Assembly (NCBI RefSeq): GCF_964204645.1
Contig: NC_134035.1
Location: 8,464,451-8,528,450 of the forward strand
Direction: 5' to 3'
DNA: 64,000 nt
Source of the DNA: Tubulanus polymorphus
Lineage: Eukaryota; Animalia; Nemertea
Position 1 is the stretch's first letter. The number at the start of each line of letters is the position of its first letter. The translations under genes were made by a program, and so were the position numbers. Positions 26,301-38,777 of the stretch are shown here, one piece after another. The notes under the pieces are model-generated. The model saw only the letters and a program-made list of their open reading frames with translations, had not been told where the DNA came from and did not search any database.

Positions 26301-28254
26301 TATTCAATTTAGCTATGTTTTATATTTTACACATCTAATTATCCTTCATGTTTCTGAGTGCATCGTGTTTTTATCGAAGATCTATCAACAATGAATCGTG
26401 GACAAATGATAAAAACGCAGTCTCAAATGTTTTGTGACTTTCTCAAAATGTATCAAAAATTTAACTAATTTTTAGTTCATAAGTCCTCAAATATTCATAA
26501 ATGAACAGTTAAAAATTGTTGGAACTTGTCGACTCTGCCGTAAAATAAACTTATCAACAGTCCGGAATGTGGGATAATGTCGGGCTTTAGAGAACATCAT
26601 GCCCCCGAGGTCTTCACATTTACAGAAAAGATTACGTAAGGGATTCACGTGCAGCGCACGATAGGCGCACAATAGAAATCCGCTCGTTCTTTGAGTGTCA
26701 CCAATTAAGAGGACCGCTTTTGTGAAAATTGACTTTGGGAGGAATATTCCTCCCAAGGTCAAACGAAGAGAATTTGACCTTCAGGTCTGATATTCAAAGT
26801 CAAGCAAAGGAAACTGGACCTGGTCTGTTATTCGAAATATAGACTTTGGGATGAATGATTTTCCAAACCACTAAACGCTTAAAACCTGAGCTTATATTAA
26901 TTATATTGGTGTAATCAATGTTTTTGATAAGTAGTATACTATAGTGACGACACCAGACATATTTAGGCAATTTGGGTGATAATGTACACGGTATACACGG
27001 TATTCGAGGGTCTGCGACAAATGATTTTTAGAAAGTTAAATAGCTGTAGTGCAGGTTCTTATGTTTAGCCTAATATAGTCTTCACATCGCAATCAGTTGT
27101 TATAATGCTTCTTCCTTTTTCTTGACTTGATCTTGAGTCTTTGACTAGTTAAATTTTTTCTTGATTGATTGACGCTGGGAGGTCTAAATCAAATCATATT
27201 GTTAATCAAATCAATTATTTTTCAACTGCAAATTCACACTTAATATTGATATTAATGATGAATATTACTTATTTCATTATATAGCGCACTGCTGCAAATT
27301 GTAATCACTGTGCATTGCATGATTATAAAATTAACACAAGCTGAAAAAATTGGAATGTAAATACGTGGATGATAAAAATCAAGTTAAAAGGTGTAGGGGC
27401 GGAGACATCTGGCGAAAAAAAAAAACAGTAATGGGCGCAAAATGGACCCGTGCCTAATTGCCCGACAAAAAACGACGGACCAGACCTGAGTCAAATTAAG
27501 CGTGTTAACTTAAACTGGTTCTGGAAGTCAGTCACTTCGCTTTGTTTAAGTATGGACTCGTTTTAGATTCCATGGTTTAAGCATTGGTTAGTATCGAATG
27601 AATGGGTTTGAATTTGAATGTGAAATGAATTTGATCATGAAAATCGGCGCGCTCATTGGTAAGCCATGCGTAAAATTTAAGTCGGACCTCATTCGAGCCA
27701 AATTAGCCCCGACAAATCGTCTCTATAGCCGCGATCACACGTGCATTTTTGGGCCGTGCCAATTTTGGCCCGTGTCAAACAACTGTTCACACGGGTACCA
27801 AATGGGCCCGAGCCTATTTAGAGAGCGCGTTCACACGCAAACCATTCACTCACTGATTGAGTGACGTCCTGTTGCACAGGCTATATTACACCATGCTAAA
27901 AAGCCTATTATAGACGAGTTGGATTCCTCGATGTATAAATGCAGGGAGGGTCGGTATCTTTATGTTCAATAACATTAGGTTCCTATAAATGGTTGCTCTA
28001 TGCATTTCAAAATAAATTAAAAAAAATCTACGTTAAACGCGATATCTGTTTCATTACATTTCATTGTGATATATCGGGGAATCTCTGCAATAAAATTTGA
28101 CGACTACAAAACTATTACCAAAATGAGCAAATTGCGATTCTTAGTGATATTTGCTAACAGTATGAATTCTAGCGTATACGCGGATTTGTGTGAAATGTAA
28201 TAAGTATCGTAGCGAATAATCAATGAGAAAAGTAGCTAGATACCGTAGCTAGAT

Positions 28255-29058
28255 ATGACAATTAAAAATCCCATATCCAGAATATCTCCCTCAAAATACC
28301 TTGATCCGTTCAAAAAAGACCCCCCTGGTAAAAATCTCCTGTGTAGAAATCTAAAAAATCTAAACCCTGAATAAACATGGTAAACATACCCTGGGTAAAA
28401 ATCCCCAAATATTCATCCCTACTTGGTAATTGTCAAGAACATTTCAAATCACGATGTTTCTCCAATTTAATTTATTTGCAATGAGACTGAAATATGTTTG
28501 AAATTTTTAATGAGATCTTTCGTTGCGATAAATTCTTGAGGATAAAATAAATTGTAAGAATTAATAAGAGTAATAAACTTTTATTTGTAATATCTTAAGA
28601 TTCGAACTGGAATATTTTTGAACTGCGGACTCTTGTTAACGTGTGGTATATTTCAGCTGTGCGATGCCATGAATTATTAGAAATAATGTACTTTTGATAT
28701 TAGATATTTTAGATTGAAGCTAGTGTAATATATTTGAAATGTGCAATGAACCCCTTCACTAAGCTGTGCAATAACTACATGTATATGTACTAATTTAGTA
28801 TGAATGAAACGTTAATTTGTAGTATGTTTTAATTCAAAAAGCATATTTTGTATGGGCATATTGATATCCTTAAGGTGTTCGACAGTAAAATATGAATAAA
28901 TTGGATATACGTATCGATAATACGAATTAATTGACCTTTAGAATGTATCTACTTATAATCCCTTCAAAGGGGGGATTGCCTACTTTGAAGAATTGGGGAT
29001 TTTTACCGAGGGGATTTTACCTAGGGGATTTTTACTCAGGGGATTTTACCACTTACCC
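28255..29058. mobile_element. Foldback/MITE-like non-autonomous DNA element with subterminal tandem repeats
   Basis: GGTAAAAATCCCCAAATATTCA (~28394) is inverted to TGAAGAATTGGGGATTTTTACC (~28986); multiple GGGATTTT(T)AC units. Confidence 0.55.
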
Positions 29059-29684
29059 TTAGCAATGCACTGCGATGAACAATTTACTTTGTTTTGCTAA
29101 ATTAACTACTTGTATTCAATTCACTATAGAACTGTGGTCGATCCTAACAAAAGGTCCGGCCTGCTATTCTAAACTTCATTGGACATAAATCTCTTTCTAA
29201 AAATTATATTGCTAAGATATTCCTAGTCTTCATCCTTCAGCATGAACTCTAGATTTTGGGCCTGGATATATTTCAGACTCATTAAATGGTATCATGTGTG
29301 TGTAGAACGTTTGGGCGAAGGTATTATCCCCCGGTTTCACTCGTAAAACCAACAGAAAAAATATTTTCATACATAGGTCACCGCATTATAGAAATTGAAC
29401 TGTTGACAAGTTGTATTAAATATCTATAGATGAAACACTTTAAAGCAAAACGCATTATGTTTGTAGTTTCTTTATATCTCCTATTGACTGTGCGCCTCGG
29501 GCTCAGTCAACTCGTCATCTCCATGATTGAAATATTTGATTAGGCAGTCCTATGAAAAGTGGCGTAAATTCATACAAGCGAATAATTTGTTGTTTCCAAA
29601 GATTGAATAACAAATGAAAAAAAAATAATACATTTTCCAAAACACGGTTGACTACTGTCGTAGAGTGCATTGTCCGCATGAATC

Positions 29685-30641
29685 ATGAATTCTTCTCAGA
29701 TGCAAATTGGTCGAAGTTATAATAGTTACATTGTCATCATGTCTGTAGCGAACAGGTCTGGCAGCTACCTCGTGGTGTCATTGGTCATTCTACCGATCCT
29801 GTTTCTGTTGGGAGCCTTCGGGAATTCAGCTACTTTCCTTATAATGATAAGTCGCAGATTCAGGATTTTATCTTACGCTAACTACCTGATCGTTTTATCA
29901 ATCAGTGATTTTATGTTCTGCGTCAGTCTAACTTTGATGCCTGTTTTACAGTTTGTTCTGTTGCACGCAGGAACTGGTCCTATTTTTGTGATGAATTCAC
30001 TGATCACTTGTCAAATCTACGAATTCGTAACAACACTGGCGTCATGTAATAGTTCGTGGTTAATCGTGGCTATATCTATAGAACGTGCGGCAGTTGTTCT
30101 CTTCCCGTTCACATCTCGTTTGATATGTACACCGAGATTCGCTAGATCTGTTATACTGATGATAACGACAATGAACGTACTGGTTCTGTATTTTCTACCT
30201 ATTCTATCGATGTATTTTACCAACCAGTCTTTCGGATGTTACTATGAATTATTGGACCAATTTACGTGTTTTATCATGATTGTCATCTACGCTTTCATTT
30301 TACCTTTAACGTTAATTGTTACATCGAATTCTGTAATAATATTTCAGTTATTCAGAGGCTCAAAAATGGTTTCGTCTGATAAGAAAACTGCAAAATCAAA
30401 ACGTACGACAATGATGCTTGTAACAGTTTCACTCGCATTCGCAATATTTACCCTCCCGACCACTGTCACTGCATACCTGCCACTCTCTACGGAGCGGAAA
30501 GATTTTCTATTTGATGTTTTCACTCAGTTCCACCAGTGTAACTATGTGGTGAATTTCTACATATATCTTTTACTTGGACGAGACATTCGTGAATATTTCT
30601 GTACAAAAATTCGTTGCAGAAAACCAGTCAAATATCTATAG
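29685..30641 (+). CDS. Intronless class A GPCR copy 6, 318 aa
   Basis: Intact 7TM ORF; 11 aa differences from copy 3. Confidence 0.92.
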   Translation: MNSSQMQIGRSYNSYIVIMSVANRSGSYLVVSLVILPILFLLGAFGNSATFLIMISRRFRILSYANYLIVLSISDFMFCVSLTLMPVLQFVLLHAGTGPIFVMNSLITCQIYEFVTTLASCNSSWLIVAISIERAAVVLFPFTSRLICTPRFARSVILMITTMNVLVLYFLPILSMYFTNQSFGCYYELLDQFTCFIMIVIYAFILPLTLIVTSNSVIIFQLFRGSKMVSSDKKTAKSKRTTMMLVTVSLAFAIFTLPTTVTAYLPLSTERKDFLFDVFTQFHQCNYVVNFYIYLLLGRDIREYFCTKIRCRKPVKYL

Positions 30642-31744
30642 ATTTGTGTGAAACTCTAAATGAATATATGAAACTTTGGACAATTAAAAGTATATATCAA
30701 AACATCATTTTACAAAATACAACTACAAAGAGGTCCACATTTTTGTTCCGTATACGTCGGTTTGGTATACTTCATTTTCAATCTTCAATTAGTTTGTTTG
30801 AATGTTCTATCTTATTACAAATTACATGTATTTTGCAGTAAAATCACCAAGCTCTTTATTGTCTCTTCGAGTTTTGGCTAATATCCATTCGAAGACTCAA
30901 TCATTCGATGCATTTAGAAGCACAACACCTACTTGATAGTTGAACCTAAAATTTGTAAACGGGATGTTTGTTTAGATCCAACATCCTTCAGCCGATGGAC
31001 GTATAAGCTAGGAAATTCAATATAAAACCAAAATACAGGTCAATGTGAAATCTTTTATCGTTTCTCTTGGCGTACGGACAAAAAAAAATGTTTAAGTATG
31101 GCCCGCATCAATTTCAATGGGATACCGGCACCACTAGATGGCGCAACAAACACTGGGTCGTTCATAGTGAAAAAAACAATTCATTTTCGATGAAATTTGA
31201 ACTTGATTCTTAGGCTTCCAAATACCAAAATTATCAAGCGAGTCGTCAAACAAGATTGCTTTTCTCAATCGGTGCATCATTTTTTAGCAAAAATAATAGA
31301 CATGTATACTTTTAATCGCGCTGTTGTTTTAATTCACCATTAATTAATTATTACTCACACAATCAGTTAGACATCTGTCAATTCGACACCTGTGATAACA
31401 GTTTGTTTTGTAATTAATTGTGTGCTCAAACATGTCTGTCAACTTTTATAGTATTATATAAATAGAATGTAAATCCATGAACAGCAGTTGAGTTTGAGAC
31501 GAGTCTTGGAGCCTGATACATCTTTCAGGCAAATTCCCAAGCTACTCGATTGAGAATCTAAAGAATAAAATCGTCTACGTTTAGTGCTGAAAACTACTAG
31601 CTTTCTCATTGTTGCATAACTCAGGATTTAATCGTAGCTGGAGCTTCCCCGAAAGACGAGTTAGAACAATTAGTTTTGTTAAAATTTTGCTGAGCAGGAA
31701 GGTTGAACGAATTTAATCGAAATATAGAAGAAATCGAAGCGCGG

Positions 31745-33890
31745 TAGGATTAGTATTAGGATTAGGATTTTATTTACACTCTAACCATTTCTATGGTACA
31801 CGGAGGGAGACTTATACAAAGTATACAATATTGACAATTAACAGAAAGTATAAACTGGTTTTGATAAAATATAACAAAGTTATTAACAATATATACATAC
31901 ACTATTTACAACATACTAATTATTGGAGGGATCTATATACATCTTAGCCTTTTTTAATGAATTTTGCAAGGTGGATTGTAGGATTTTTTAGAATATCAAG
32001 ATTGCCAAAAGAGTTCAGATTCAAAATATTTTCACGGATTTCATTCAGTAGGTTGCAGTTAAAAATGAATTGCAATTCATTTCACCTAAAACACTACAAG
32101 CCGAACATAATCTTTCATTTCTATCTAACGGAAGATTTGATAATTTATTTACAGGCAAGAGATAAGACCCAATTCTAAATTCGAATAAGCTTATTACTAA
32201 ATCTTCATTAAGTTCACTAATGTAACTTACTAATTTAATATCATTTTTGTATTGTCTATAATTAATGTATGTCGGGCTAGCATCTATTGTGGAAACGGTA
32301 TTTTGAAGATGTTGGTCACAAAGAATCTGTTTTGTTCGCCTTGAGAAGGTCCTACTGTTCGCCATAAATTGTTTTGTCTAAATATGAGATAAACCGCAAT
32401 CATCAAAGGATTTCTTAATAAATAATAACAAAGGGCTCTTATGTCTATCGTTTAGATACAGATTGTAAGATATTTTGTAAAGGATTGAGTTTAGTTTAGT
32501 TTCCCGATACTGTCTTTATCCAAAAATTAATCATTCTACGTTTGACTTCTAGACATAAAGGATTACGTCCTAGTTCTGATAACACTTGCAAATTACGAGA
32601 ATATTTTGTCACTTTCATTAGAATTTTGCAGCACAATGAGTGAAGATTCTCTAATAAATCAAGATTCAACCCCAAACCTCGCATCCATACATAGCGATAG
32701 GAGCGACACACATATCAAATAGCTTGAACAACATCTACTGGAAGTTTCAAACGCCTGCCTTCTTGAATGATCGAAAACATAGCTCTCATTGCTTTATCAT
32801 AAAGGTATTTTCTTGCTTTAGCAAAGCTACCATTCCAATTAAATTTCACTCCAAGATATACATAATCCTCAACTACCTCTAGCTCTTGATCGCCAAACCT
32901 GAATTTCGAAATCTGTTTTATCCTGATTTTACTACTAGCAAAGACTAATATTTTTGTTTTCTCGGCATTCACAGTGAGGCCGTTAACAGCCCAATAATCA
33001 AATAAAGTATCTATCTATCATCTTCAGCAAGAATAACTGTATCATCCGCATAGAGAATGATAAACAAATTCAATAAAGTATCAAGCTCCTGATTACGTTT
33101 CGAATTCAGACTTTCAATAAATGACAGTGTTGGTCTTCCACGAGTGATAAAAAAATCCTCGATATCGTTTAAGAATAAAGAAAAAAGAATGGGTGAGTGA
33201 TTTTTACCCTGTCTTAGACCCCTATAGGCCGCAAAATATTGAGAGGTGCTACCATTAAATTCCACACATGATTTGACTGAATTGTAAATGGTCTTAAGTA
33301 CTCTTAAAAAAATTTCCACTATACAATTAGCTAATAATTTCCTCCATAAAGTTACTCTACATACTGAGTCAAACGCTTTTTTAAAGTCAACAAAGGCACA
33401 GAAAAGTCTTCTACCCTGGCAAAGATACAGTTCACCGATCGTTTTCAGTGTAAAGATATGGTCAATAGTTGAATACTTCGATATAAAACCAGCTTGAGCC
33501 TCACATAATATTATTTGCCTCTAGGAAAGTTGACAGTCTATGGTTTAAAATACTCGGGGATTCACTAACATCATTCATTACATTGTCAACATTATTAAAA
33601 TCATTCAACTTCCTAAAATGTTCGAGAAAAATATCTATATCAACATCGCCTTCCTTATCTTTGCTCCCATTTGTGGAGTTAAGCATTGACCAATATCTTT
33701 TTGGATCATTAATTTCACATTCTCTCAGTTCTTAAATAAATGCTTCCTTTTGTATTGTCTTACTTTGTCTTATAACTTTTTTACACTACTTGGATGCCTT
33801 CTTAAATGATTCAAAGTTAGAAGGCGTAGGGCAGCCCCTATATCTATCTCTCCTATAATTATATTCTTTCTGTGCATCTCTGCAGTCTTT
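31745..33890 (-). mobile_element. 5'-truncated, decayed non-LTR retrotransposon (LINE; CR1/L2/RTE-X-like) ORF2 remnant
   Basis: RT motifs CAFVDFKKAFDSV, GLRQGxxxSPILFSLFLND, LYADD, YLGV; C-terminal RNERLCSAC Cys motif; DPKRYWSMLN linker; multiple stops and frameshifts; 3' AATAAA then (ATCCTA)n-like tail at 31745-31768; no endonuclease domain seen. Confidence 0.9.
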
Positions 33891-35918
33891 GCGCAACCCA
33901 GCGCCACTAGCGAGCCTTGCGGATTATCGCTGAATTATCGCTTCCCTCAGTTAGAGTGTTTTGCGGGTAAGCCATTAGAATGTGAAATATATTCATTAGC
34001 AATCTAACGATCTGAACTCCCCACGTAGAACAATGGCGTCTATAAACGGCGGAACTGATTAAGGTTGCCGTTTATCGACGATTTCGTGGTGAAAACAATG
34101 TCGACTGTGATTAACATTTCTCAAGTCGCGCGCGGCTTAAAGCTATTTTACGTGAAAAATGATCCGATAGCTTATCAATTATTTCACGAAACGCGGTTAT
34201 AGGTCCGCAAGATTTTCCTCGGCTTCCCCGTTCAATTGTTTTATTATCCGACTCAGTTTTCGTTTAGGCGCGCCGCTACATCTACCAGACGTTTTTGAAT
34301 GATTTATCAGGAAAATCTTGACAAGTTTCATTGACAGTGCGGTTGCATTAAAAAACTATCAGTGTTGGAATTGCAGAAACCATAACAGCATCTACAGCGT
34401 GCGTAGACTTCCCGTAAAACCAGGACTTGAGGTAGTCAATCTAATCCGTTTTTACCAAAAAATTCGAGATAGTAATGGTAATGATATCAATTATTCATTT
34501 CTTTTTAAGCGTTTTACATATAAAGCAATCTCAAAGCTCTTGAGTAGAATGGACGCATTTGGTAGAAATAATCATGTTAGAATTCTAAAATAAAATGTTT
34601 TCAACGATGACTTGAAAACTTAAAAAGATGCTAAAGCTCGTTTTTGCAAACTGTTCCATTGTCATGAACGAGTAATTCATTTAATTTTTCGACTATATCC
34701 TGGGATACATTTGAAATGTTGAATCAACTACTAACTCAAGGAAATATTTTCAGACATTTTATCGTTATTATCGTGGGATTCTCTTCATGGCAGCCTTCGG
34801 GGGCATTCCCGTTTCACCTATCGCCGACAAATTCGATCTTAAAAAGCGTTTCACTTGGTTTTCGGGTCAGCCAAATACTGATTCCTGACACGTATCCTGG
34901 TCACCTCGACTAGACGGGTTTCTTTGCGTCTTTCGTCGAAAGCCGAGTTGTATCGAGCCGTTTTTAAATTCGTCATTCGTTTCACGTGCGTAGTTTATAT
35001 TTGTAACGAACGGCCGTTTACCGTCGTGTCGACTGAAATGTTCCCCGGATGCCGATAAACGTTTTACGCGTATATCGATCTTAACTCATCTGATGTGACT
35101 AAACGCACCGTTCGGGAATCGTAGAATAGATAAACGTCCACGTGAAATCAACCATCTTTTCATTCGTGACGAAATGTATCGCGATATCGTAGGTTTGTAG
35201 TAGCTAGTGAAGCATTCTGGCAGTTAAGAAAACTATCAATCTACAGCCTGAAATCACCCATCGAAAACATTTCACGTTGTGTATGCATTTAGCAAAATGT
35301 GGCGGTGCTCTCTGAAAGTGTACGGCATCGTTAAATGATATCCGGTGTCCGACGTTCGTAGACAACGTGTTAAATTATTGTAAACGAAAAGACTGAAAGA
35401 AGGTCGATACGATAGATGTTCAGAGACAGATCTAGGATCTGATTGAGAGAGGTGTGTGCACCCCAAAATAGGGCCTATTATTACATAATTAAAAGGGCAC
35501 CAGGAAAGAAAGCTCATCGGAATACACTAACCTATTTTCGGATATACAGAGAACTAGCTTATGAATTTAGACATCAGTTTGATGTAACACCCTGTACCCA
35601 CCACTCGAATTCGCCCCTGATATCTGTGCAAGATGATTACGCTAGCAATCCCGCACTCATTTCTGGGAAAAGACGACACTTACTTGTATTATACAAGTAT
35701 ATATGCCTGATGATTGCTATTAGAATGTAGCGGAACCTTGCTCAAACAGTATTCATTTATTACAAGAACTTTTTGCCATTTTCTGAACTGCTTATGGGAA
35801 TAAGATTTAAGTCCCACAATCACGAACTCGATTTCTTTTTTTCGTATATCGCAACGTCAGAATTTGTTAACAATCCGAATTATCGGTTCTCAACTAAAAG
35901 CCATTATCAAAGAATAAC

Positions 35919-36161
<243 letters not shown>

Positions 36162-36466
36162 ATTTATAGTTTAGTTCATTACATGGATGATTACTTCAAC
36201 GTCGAGTTAGGTGAGAAATGGTTCACATAGATAAATATTTTCAGTATAAGATATGGAATAACAAACTTTAGTTTAGAGTGGTAAATAAATGGTAAAGTTA
36301 ATGAAAAATAAACAACATTTTGCGGACATTCTATGAACACAGGAGGGGGGGGGGTGAGTTTACAATTTTCGTCTTTTACGGACAGCTTTAATAATAGAAA
36401 GTTTGGATAGATGTATTCCTCAGTAACTTTCGGTAGTTCTAGCTAAGACAACTACAAACGCAAGAC

Positions 36467-37026
36467 CCTGTAATTTGACGAAGCGCAGACGATTAAAATA
36501 TACACAGATTTATTCCTTAAAGCGAGGTTCATCATAAAGTGACATTAATAGATATGTGATGATATATGAGTATAAATGATACAGATTAAATATAAAACGT
36601 GTTTATCTTAATGATTAGTATACTGTCGACTTATTTCATAATACTTAAATACGAAACTAATGTTCTCTGATATCGAGCATATTCTGGCCGTAATTCTCAT
36701 TGATTACTTGCCAAAAATGGCGGCCAAGTTAATTAAAATAGAACATAACTGCTCAAGAACATCTAACCTATTTAAACACATACTATTGCTCTAGTTTAAT
36801 TGATTAATATTATTTCAACTATTATATTAAAACACCATGTATTCGGCCATACTTAATAAGTAATATTATTAAATAAAGTACATCCTATGCCTAGTCAATA
36901 TTTCCATAGAATATGACTTAATAAAATATTATAAAACTTATTACACATACCTGTAATTTGACGAAGAGCAGACGATTAAAATATACACAGATTTATTCCT
37001 TAAAGCGAGGTTCATCATAAAGTGAC
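36467..37026 (+). repeat. 77-bp direct repeat pair (36467-36543, 36950-37026), one mismatch
   Basis: cctgtaatttgacgaag(c/a)gcagacg...cataaagtgac occurs twice, 483 bp apart. Confidence 0.9.
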
Positions 37027-37704
37027 CTCAGCTGCCCTTCGTCCACTATTTATACCTCAAAAATACCATAACCCTGATTGGTCTGTTCCGTGACTTTGCC
37101 CACGGTAACTAAGGTTTGGATCACCCTTGTTGGTGGTAACCAATGCCAAACCTGCTAATTGTTGGTACAAACTTGTTAATTACACATTGTTATAAATTAT
37201 AAATAATTACTCAGAACGACAGATTGTCGATCTCAAGAAATGACAAGTTCGCTTGTTTGCGATACCCTTGACTGGTCATACCTGCCAGGAAGGTAACAGC
37301 TTGCATGAACATGTTAATACTCCAATAGGTTCAGACAATATTTTAGTTAATAAAAAAAAAACACAAACATATTGATTTATAAAACTTATAATACTTGAAT
37401 ATAAATACAAAATTCAGAATCGCAAGATTCTGTCGATTATTTTGATACCCATTTTTCAATATCTATTTTAGAGCTTAGCTGTCAGATTAGTGTTGCTAAA
37501 CAGCCCTTAACTAAATGTCAAATCACATACATAACATCGATAATTATCTCTTAGAAATGAATTTAATATTCTACTCTTTCGCAAACTCGGTCTTATTTTG
37601 AACCTGTAAAAAGCCACAATGCATCACATTATTAGATTATCACGAACATGTTTTTTAAACGCACCACGGGGTTAACTTCCCTCTCGTAGACTTAACTGGT
37701 GGAC

Positions 37705-37856
<152 letters not shown>

Positions 37857-37900
37857 ATGTATATAAAGCTCAAATTATTATATTCTTATATTTTACATTC

Positions 37901-38730
37901 TTATTTCCAAAATTGGGGAAAAATATAGTAACATGTTAGGATTAAAATAAAAGCAACAAAACATTTAATAGAATATGAATAACTAGTTTTTCTTTTCATA
38001 GCAATTTTGGTGCCTTCCCCAAAAGCGGGTGCAGTGTTTATACTGTAAACCCTCAGTGAGTCTGGTTTGTTGCTATTATCGGAGTGACGGAGAGCTACAG
38101 TGTTACTGTCACACACTCGATGTATCTGACTTGTCTTACTGTCTGCAGAGTTAAGTATTATACGCGGGTGATCTATAAACCCTTGATCATTATATCTGAA
38201 ACTTATCACCGCTCCTTTGTATTCAGTCTCAGAGTTTGTCGACAGTAATACGTGTTCACCACTCATAACACACGGGTATCCCGCATCTGGATGAAATGTT
38301 AGTCCGCAATCCTTGATGTTGATGTAACCGATAAGTTTCGCTTCGGAGGTTGAATACAGTAATCTCTCCGTGCGTTCACAGTAAATGAACATCCGTCCCT
38401 GTGAGTTGATATCGAAACTGTCGTAACATTTACAATGTGCACCAAGCTGCTGATATTTCTTCACTTGGTTTCTTTCGATCAAACCACTATCGGGGTATTG
38501 TATTAGAATGAAAACATGGAATTCTCTCGCTCCTGTCTGTATGTAGGCATTGTGATTCCGGATCACTAGGGTTCTACATTCTCCAGACAAGATATCACTG
38601 AGATCTTCTTCTAACAGCTTGTCCTGATCGTTATACTTTCTTATGTAGTGTTTGTTTTTTTTCTTCACGAGTATATACAAATATCCTTTACTATCACTAT
38701 CGAGTCCTAGGACCTCATCATCATCATCAG

Positions 38731-38777
<47 letters not shown>

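Noticed and set aside
16708-30223. Repeated minus-strand ORFs containing KRTTAARS
   Set aside because: Antisense frames of the GPCR TM3-TM4 region
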